From a virus (Duplodnaviria > Caudoviricetes), in the IMG/VR virus record IMGVR_UViG_3300021400_000046, positions 64,001 through 128,000 of that record: a stretch of 64,000 bases of DNA. One strand, given 5' to 3'. The notes beneath the pieces were generated by a model. That model was not told the DNA's origin and searched no databases. It was given only the letters and a program-made list of their open reading frames with translations. Below are positions 58,885 through 64,000 of this stretch, piece after piece (the first letter of the stretch is position 1; each line of letters starts with the position of its first letter). A program made the position numbers and the translations under genes.

Positions 58885-59125
58885 AAAAATGCGGGTGTGG
58901 ATTTTCACCACACATACGAGCCTCACCAAAGCTCTACTCTCGCTGGTTCACCGCCGCTGCTTTGTTCTTGCGCCGGTTACTGTTCATCACTCCATGCGTC
59001 TACTGCCATACGCCAGTCTATGTGCGCAGTTTGCTCTTGTAATGATTACCATATCGAACCATTACGGACAAATGGCATGATCTGCTCCATCGTCCAGATC
59101 ACTTTTATTTCGCCACCGCATTTTT
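58885..59125 (-). ncRNA. Enlarged tRNA-like RNA candidate (~240 nt)
   Basis: 10-bp terminal stem, tRNA-Leu-like 5' GCGGTGGCGAAATA, internal GTAGACGC, 3' T-arm GTGTGGTGAAAATCCACAC. Confidence 0.5.
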
Positions 59126-59139
59126 AAGATTCTATTTAT

Positions 59140-59248
59140 TGTGCGGACAAGGATTTGCACCTTGTATGGCAACCCCCACTACTTTATTTCAGTTGCCTCA
59201 CACCAACGTCAAAATTCTCGATGTGTCTACCTATTCCACCACCGCACA
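59140..59248 (-). ncRNA. tRNA-like RNA candidate (~110 nt) with non-canonical anticodon and variable region
   Basis: GCGGTGGTGGAATAGGTAGACAC D-arm; ACAAGGTGCAAATCCTTGT T-arm; 7-bp acceptor; no CCA. Confidence 0.55.
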
Positions 59249-59435
59249 TATTGATCGGAAACTATGGCAGTTTTACAACGACCTTGCCATGTCGTTGAGC
59301 CTTGTCCTACTGTCGGGTCAAGCCCGTAGGTTAGCCGAGAGTCGCCATCTGACTCGGCACAATCATCACCGATCCTGCCCGGTGAACCCCGTCACACCTG
59401 TCCTCTGCTATTGAGACGGAATTGAACCGCCCCTT

Positions 59436-59511
59436 TGGTCTGAGCGACTGGACTTGAACCAGCGGCCTCTGCATCCCAAATGCAGCGTTCTACCAACTGA
59501 ACTACGCCCAG
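59436..59511 (-). tRNA. tRNA-Pro(TGG)
   Basis: Cloverleaf, CTGCA-TTTGGGA-TGCAG, CCA. Confidence 0.93.
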
Positions 59512-59960
59512 ATATAATTGTTTAATACTTTATGTAATTCATAATCACTCGCAATATGTATTCTTTTCTTTTGATTTGTTTTTGGGTATGTATATCGAAG
59601 TCTAAAAACGAATCCTGTTGCATCAGAAATTGGGACAAGATAACCTTTTCCATTAAACCATGTATAAAAGAAATCAACATCACTACTTTTATACTTATAT
59701 CTTATCATCCGTTTTGTATTTACCGTTATGCTACTTGTAGCAATTTCAAATGCTTCGTTTTCATATCTCGTATCTTTGCACCATGTACTATGTTTGCATT
59801 GTATTTTAATAATCTTATTACCCATATCAACTGCAATATCGTATTTACATGAATCATCAACTGGCGTTAAACACATATACCCTAATTCTGTAAAATCTTG
59901 TATACAATGCAGTTCTGTTAGTAATCCTTTTTGTTGTGTTGTACCTTCTAATTCCTTCAC
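59502..59960 (-). CDS. PD-(D/E)XK endonuclease (group I intron-associated family), free-standing
   Basis: KG...E, P..D...YD..VD, KIQCK, Y...DVDFF. Confidence 0.8.
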   Translation of the reverse strand: MKELEGTTQQKGLLTELHCIQDFTELGYMCLTPVDDSCKYDIAVDMGNKIIKIQCKHSTWCKDTRYENEAFEIATSSITVNTKRMIRYKYKSSDVDFFYTWFNGKGYLVPISDATGFVFRLRYTYPKTNQKKRIHIASDYELHKVLNNYIWA

Positions 59961-60078
59961 TTTTCCACCTATATAACAAATAGAATGGCAAACTGCTCGG
60001 CACTCTCTAATCAAATACATGAGAAGTTTTTGTCAGCTTCTTTCGTCTTTCTTCCATACCGCCAAGAAAGAACCAAAC

Positions 60079-60154
60079 TGGTTGCGGGAGTAGGATTTGA
60101 ACCTACGACCTTCGGCTTATGAGGCCGACAAGCTAACCGCTGCTCCATCCCGCA
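60079..60154 (-). tRNA. tRNA-Met(CAT), initiator-like
   Basis: TCGGC-CTCATAA-GCCGA, fMet-like body, CCA. Confidence 0.9.
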
Positions 60155-60158
60155 ATAT

Positions 60159-60428
60159 TTACTCTCCAACAACAATAAACAACCGTTTCTTGCCCCACTT
60201 GATATTCAAACAGTCTGGCTTGTCTAACGTTATAACCAAGTCTTTTCTGTTTCTGCGAACTTCACCAGTTGATGCAACAAGTCCAGCTTCTTTCATTACT
60301 GCCGGTAGAAAACGGGTTTCTGTGAACAGTGTAACCGGCTTTTCATTCTGTTCCCAATCTTCATTGTCAAAAGCAAGCACTTGTCGTATGTCAAATAACG
60401 GTTTGCCAATCACTACATTTTGAAACAT
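60159..60428 (-). CDS. S4-like RNA-binding small protein
   Basis: LP.VM.EAGL..S.GEVRR resembles the TyrRS S4 domain. Confidence 0.55.
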   Translation of the reverse strand: MFQNVVIGKPLFDIRQVLAFDNEDWEQNEKPVTLFTETRFLPAVMKEAGLVASTGEVRRNRKDLVITLDKPDCLNIKWGKKRLFIVVGE

Positions 60429-60970
60429 ATCTCTCTCCTTAAAACAATACAGGCCAGCCGATCAGATTTGCACTACTCAACGCCGTAACACTATGTATGA
60501 GAAGTTGGTTAGCGTTGCCTCTCCGCATCCGTATATTTTTTTTATTAACCCTCATGCGCCTCTAACCGGCTGTACCCATATCGCCGCATTCTGCAAATAT
60601 CTCTTTTACCAACCTATAAACCACCGACAGACCATTTGCACAATCAAATGTTAAGTTTCGTTGCAAAATGCTTTTTGTTTAATTTTCGATGATATACATT
60701 CATTTAGTAGCTCCTAATTGTGTCACCCGATCTAACGTGTCGGTAGAGCCATAACGTCACATAAGCACCTAATACGTTTTAGTACGGCCAGCAGATATAT
60801 CATTTCACCGCTCGGCAGGGCTGAGTACCCTTGCTTTATGTAATACCCAATAGCGGCCATCAGCCATAGGAGCAGCCGCCACGAGTGCTTGCTAACGAGG
60901 ACTTTACTGTGAGTGTTTTGTTGTAGTGGTTTTGCCCCGCCTATATTCGTAACATTGGGTATCAATTTTA

Positions 60971-61058
60971 TGGAGGAAGGTGTGGGATTTGAACCCACGG
61001 ACGTTTTACCGCCACTGGTTTTCAAGACCAGCACCATAAACCACTCGGTCAACCTTCC
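60971..61058 (-). tRNA. tRNA-Ser(TGA)
   Basis: CTGGT-CTTGAAA-ACCAG, long variable arm, CCA. Confidence 0.93.
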
Positions 61059-61061
61059 GTA

Positions 61062-61155
61062 TGGTACTCCCATAGGGACTCGAACCCTAATTTCGCACTA
61101 ATCTGGTGCTGGGCGGATCATAAGGCCGCTGGCTTACCAATTAACCGATGGGAGC
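61062..61155 (-). tRNA. tRNA-Ile(TAT) with long variable arm
   Basis: GCGG(C)-CTTATGA-(T)CCGC, GCAC/GTGC variable arm, T-arm, ACCA. Confidence 0.75.
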
Positions 61156-61160
61156 ATATC

Positions 61161-61245
61161 TGGTGTCGATGATCGGACTTGAACCGATATACCAAATGGC
61201 AGCAGATTTTGAGTCTACCGTGTCTGCCAATTCCACCACATCGAC
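61161..61245 (-). tRNA. tRNA-Leu(CAA)
   Basis: GTAGA-CTCAAAA-TCTGC, CCA. Confidence 0.92.
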
Positions 61246-61318
61246 ATTTAGATGGCGGTTGTAACGTAATAACTGAGCCGCCGCAGTTATAAAAGGAGAA
61301 TTTTATGAACAAGTACCG

Positions 61319-61395
61319 TGGTGACGCTACCGGGGATCGAACCCGGAAGTTCCACCTTGAAAGGGTGGTGACTTTACCAATTCGTCTATAGCGCC
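61319..61395 (-). tRNA. tRNA-Glu(TTC)
   Basis: CCACC-CTTTCAA-GGTGG, CCA. Confidence 0.93.
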
Positions 61396-61462
61396 ATATA
61401 TAACTTGTGTTCCACAGGAAATAATGATTATCGTGGCAGCTCTGTTATTTCCTCACAAGTTA

Positions 61463-61548
61463 TGGTGCCGCTGGCGGGACTCGAACCCGCACGGCTCGAA
61501 GCCGAGGGATTTTAAGTCCCTTGTGTCTACCGATTCCACCACAGCGGC
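61463..61548 (-). tRNA. tRNA-Leu(TAA)
   Basis: AGGGA-CTTAAAA-TCCCT, CCA. Confidence 0.94.
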
Positions 61549-61550
61549 AT

Positions 61551-61859
61551 TTATTCATTCAGCTTCTTACGAATTTCATATAGGAAATCAAGAATAGAGA
61601 AACTTTCGTCACCTTTTTCAACTCTATTAATTGCAATTCCTACTTCTTTTTCAATTTCATAAAGAATATTATCAGCGTGTCCTTGCGCTTCAATAGTAAT
61701 ATCTTCAATTAATTGATCGAAAAAATCTGCGCTATCCTTCCCAAGCCTATCTTCGATTACTCGCCGGAAGTCATATTGTGGATTGATGATATACTCACGC
61801 GATCCATCTTCAAAATAAATAGTTGTCATTGTGCTGCGCTCCATGTTTTGTATATTCAC
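61551..61859 (-). CDS. Hypothetical protein
   Basis: ORF. Confidence 0.6.
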   Translation of the reverse strand: MNIQNMERSTMTTIYFEDGSREYIINPQYDFRRVIEDRLGKDSADFFDQLIEDITIEAQGHADNILYEIEKEVGIAINRVEKGDESFSILDFLYEIRKKLNE

Positions 61860-62000
61860 AAAGACCTTTTACAAAATAACTTTGTGATCTGCTATGCAGT
61901 TTCAACCGAACGAAAAGAAAGGAGGGATAATGAAATGGAGGTTTATCACATAAGCAACAACAGAACGGATGATAGTGTTCGGTTAGGTTTTGGTATGTAG

Positions 62001-62189
62001 TTAAGTTTTCTTTGAGGTTCCGAAAAAACCTTCAATATTGCGTGGGCTGGATGTACAGAAATCTTTAATATCTCGCTTCAATTCAGCTCCGCACTTATCA
62101 CAGAAATGCCCGTTTGCCGTGTATTCAGAGGCCGGAATTGATATGGTCTTTTGTTTACCGCATTCAGGGCAGATAAATTGATAATTCAT
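62001..62189 (-). CDS. FmdB-like Zn-ribbon protein
   Basis: YQF.CPECG...CDKCG. Confidence 0.65.
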   Translation of the reverse strand: MNYQFICPECGKQKTISIPASEYTANGHFCDKCGAELKRDIKDFCTSSPRNIEGFFGTSKKT

Positions 62190-62249
62190 TTGTTCCTCTT
62201 GCGTTTGTACTTTTCATTACTGTTTCTTAGGCTGTTTGATTACTTCATC

Positions 62250-62495
62250 TTACACGCAGATTGTACCATATAAACCACAGTTTGTCAAGGTAGTTTTCAC
62301 AACATATTCTAATCTTTTAAGAAATCGTCTATATCTTGTTCTGTAGTAGTTCCAATATGTTTCTCCCCCCGACTCATAGGCATCAAGCCGTTCAAGAGCT
62401 TTGTGCAACTCATAGAAAAAACTTTTGCTTGTTGGATTACCTTCAGAACTCGCAATCCTGGTTTCAATAATGCCAATTAGAGTTTTAGTTGTCAT
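62250..62495 (-). CDS. Hypothetical protein
   Basis: ORF coupled to glyA. Confidence 0.5.
   Translation of the reverse strand: MTTKTLIGIIETRIASSEGNPTSKSFFYELHKALERLDAYESGGETYWNYYRTRYRRFLKRLEYVVKTTLTNCGLYGTICV
62260..62304 (-). promoter_or_regulatory. Phage promoter type A (copy 4), upstream of the tRNA region
   Basis: TGTTGTGAAAACTACC-TTGACA-17-TACAAT. Confidence 0.85.
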
Positions 62496-63832
62496 TGATA
62501 GTTCTCCTTAATGATACTGTCAATTTGATCTGCAATATTTACGAAAGATTGTTCTGTAAATCCTTTTGTAGTCATGGCTGCGGTTCCAATACGAATACCA
62601 CTCGCCTCAGTTGGCTTACGTTTTTCTCCTGGTACACAATTCTTGTTTAGTGTAATACCATATTCATCAAGCAAATCCTGCACCATTGCACCAGTAACAT
62701 TCGGTAGCGTTTTAGAGAGATCAATTAAGAATAAATGATTATCAGTGCCGCCAGTTACAACATGATAACCAAGCCTGATAAATTCATTACACATTGCTTT
62801 GCAATTCTTTACGACTTGATGGATATATTTCTTGTATTCTTCTGTACACGCTTCTTCTGCTGCAACAGCTTTACCAGCAATAATGTTTTGCAATGCGCCG
62901 CCTTGAATACCAGGGAATACGGCACTATCAATCTTCTTAGCCAACTCTGGCTTACAGAAAATCATACCTCCTCGTGGGCCTCGTAAAGTCTTATGAGTAG
63001 TGGTCGTGATAATATCTGCAATGCCAAATGGGGAAGGGTGATCTTCGGCAGCTATTAGGCCAGCAATGTGCGCCATATCAACCATAAAATATGGGTTATA
63101 ATCTTCTGGTTCTACATATACATTGTAAACTCCTGCATTTTTCGCTTCATAGAAGTCTCGCGTAATTCTCCCACGAGCATTATCAATGATCTGTCTGATA
63201 CGCTGAAAATCAATAACTCTGGAATAAGCAGATGCACCGGCAAGAACCAGTTTCGGCTTATAACGCAAAATCTTTTCTTCAATATCCGCGTAATCAATAA
63301 ACCCGTTCTGATCTACTCCATAGAAAACCATCTTATAAGTTTTGCCTGAAAAGTTCACAGGAGAACCGTGCGTTAAATGTCCACCGTTTTCAAGGCTCAT
63401 GGCAAGAATTGTGTCACCAGGTTTCAAAACTGCCATATAAGCCGCCATGTTCGCGTTAGAGCCACTGTGCGGCTGCACATTCACATGATAATCAGTGTTG
63501 AATACTTCGCGCCAATTGTTGCAACAGTATTCTTCAAGCTCGTCGATAATCTGGCATCCACCATAATATCGGCCTTTGTTGCCGGTAGTTCTAACTGCTG
63601 GGTAGCCTTCAGAATACTTGTTCATCATGCAAGAACCAACTGCTTGCAGTACGTTATTACTTACAAAATTCTCACTTGCAATCAGTTCAATAACACTTTC
63701 TTGTCTATGGTATTCAGCGTTTACCAACTGCAATGCGTAGCTGATCGGCTTATGTCTATTTCTTGCACTCATAAGTTTATTATAAATATCCTCTGCTTCT
63801 TCACTTGCAAATTTCTGGTTGCTTCTTTTCAT
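62492..63832 (-). CDS. glyA: Serine hydroxymethyltransferase
   Basis: LIASEN, NKYSEGYP, NVQPHSG, DMAH, TTTHKTLRGPRGG. Confidence 0.96.
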   Translation of the reverse strand: MKRSNQKFASEEAEDIYNKLMSARNRHKPISYALQLVNAEYHRQESVIELIASENFVSNNVLQAVGSCMMNKYSEGYPAVRTTGNKGRYYGGCQIIDELEEYCCNNWREVFNTDYHVNVQPHSGSNANMAAYMAVLKPGDTILAMSLENGGHLTHGSPVNFSGKTYKMVFYGVDQNGFIDYADIEEKILRYKPKLVLAGASAYSRVIDFQRIRQIIDNARGRITRDFYEAKNAGVYNVYVEPEDYNPYFMVDMAHIAGLIAAEDHPSPFGIADIITTTTHKTLRGPRGGMIFCKPELAKKIDSAVFPGIQGGALQNIIAGKAVAAEEACTEEYKKYIHQVVKNCKAMCNEFIRLGYHVVTGGTDNHLFLIDLSKTLPNVTGAMVQDLLDEYGITLNKNCVPGEKRKPTEASGIRIGTAAMTTKGFTEQSFVNIADQIDSIIKENYQ

Positions 63833-63961
63833 CTTGATCCTCGCTATCTGTTGTTACACAATCTGTACACGATGTTGCAATATCACAACAATCACAGTTA
63901 TAATCACATTCAACTTCATTATTTACATTGTAAACCATTGCAACCTCCAAAGTGTTTTATT

Positions 63962-64000
63962 TGGTGCGCCCGACAAGAATCGAACTTGCGACCCACAGAT
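63962..64000 (-). tRNA. Partial tRNA (3' half; anticodon outside window)
   Basis: T-arm GTTCGATT plus acceptor and CCA at window edge. Confidence 0.75.

Noticed and set aside
58885-59125. tmRNA
   Set aside because: No alanine-type acceptor, no CCA end and no recognisable tag reading frame.
60760-60910. RNase P RNA or hammerhead ribozyme
   Set aside because: Only fragmentary resemblance (AAAGTCC, GCAAG, CTGATG...GAAA); key consensus positions do not match, so it is kept only as an unassigned ncRNA candidate.
6555-63349. Most short antisense or nested ORFs in the track (e.g. 6555-6794, 41939-42682, 49738-49968, 60732-61073)
   Set aside because: They overlap well-supported genes or RNAs and lack an RBS or recognisable motifs.
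1-64000. CRISPR array and second VR
   Set aside because: No regularly spaced repeats and no second TR match seen by eye; the Cas4-like nuclease sits in the replication module.

Overview
The whole window is an AT-rich segment of a large temperate phage, probably infecting a Firmicutes/Clostridia host (inferred from strong GGAGG RBSs, sigmaA-type promoters and an ImmR/ImmA switch). Left end, + strand: the 3' part of a large receptor/tail-type gene with a complete diversity-generating retroelement (VR 2417-2545, tandem-domain Avd, TR 3538-3666, RT). Next come an attP site (3' half of a tRNA-Tyr plus arm-type repeats) and a tyrosine integrase. The rest is mostly on the - strand: nucleotide metabolism (dUTPase fusion, NrdD/NrdG/NrdH/FTR, Gmk, ThyX, GlyA), a PARP plus macrodomain pair, a replication module (DnaE-type polymerase, primase, DnaB, SSB, recombinase, LigA), RNA/tRNA repair enzymes (Pnk, RNA ligase, CCA-adding enzyme, Thg1, RlmN-like), several DNA methyltransferases and a tRNA cluster interspersed with tRNA-like and pseudoknotted ncRNA candidates. 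The most unusual locus is 48906-51400, a split and circularly permuted C5-cytosine methyltransferase. Its two core ORFs bracket a tandem array of about 10 small target-recognition-domain (TRD) modules. Seven modules are out of frame by exactly one G at a CGGGGG run, and one module with G6 is in frame. This looks like a combinatorial, homopolymer-switched methylation-specificity system. All calls come from motif recognition and manual translation; no searches were run.
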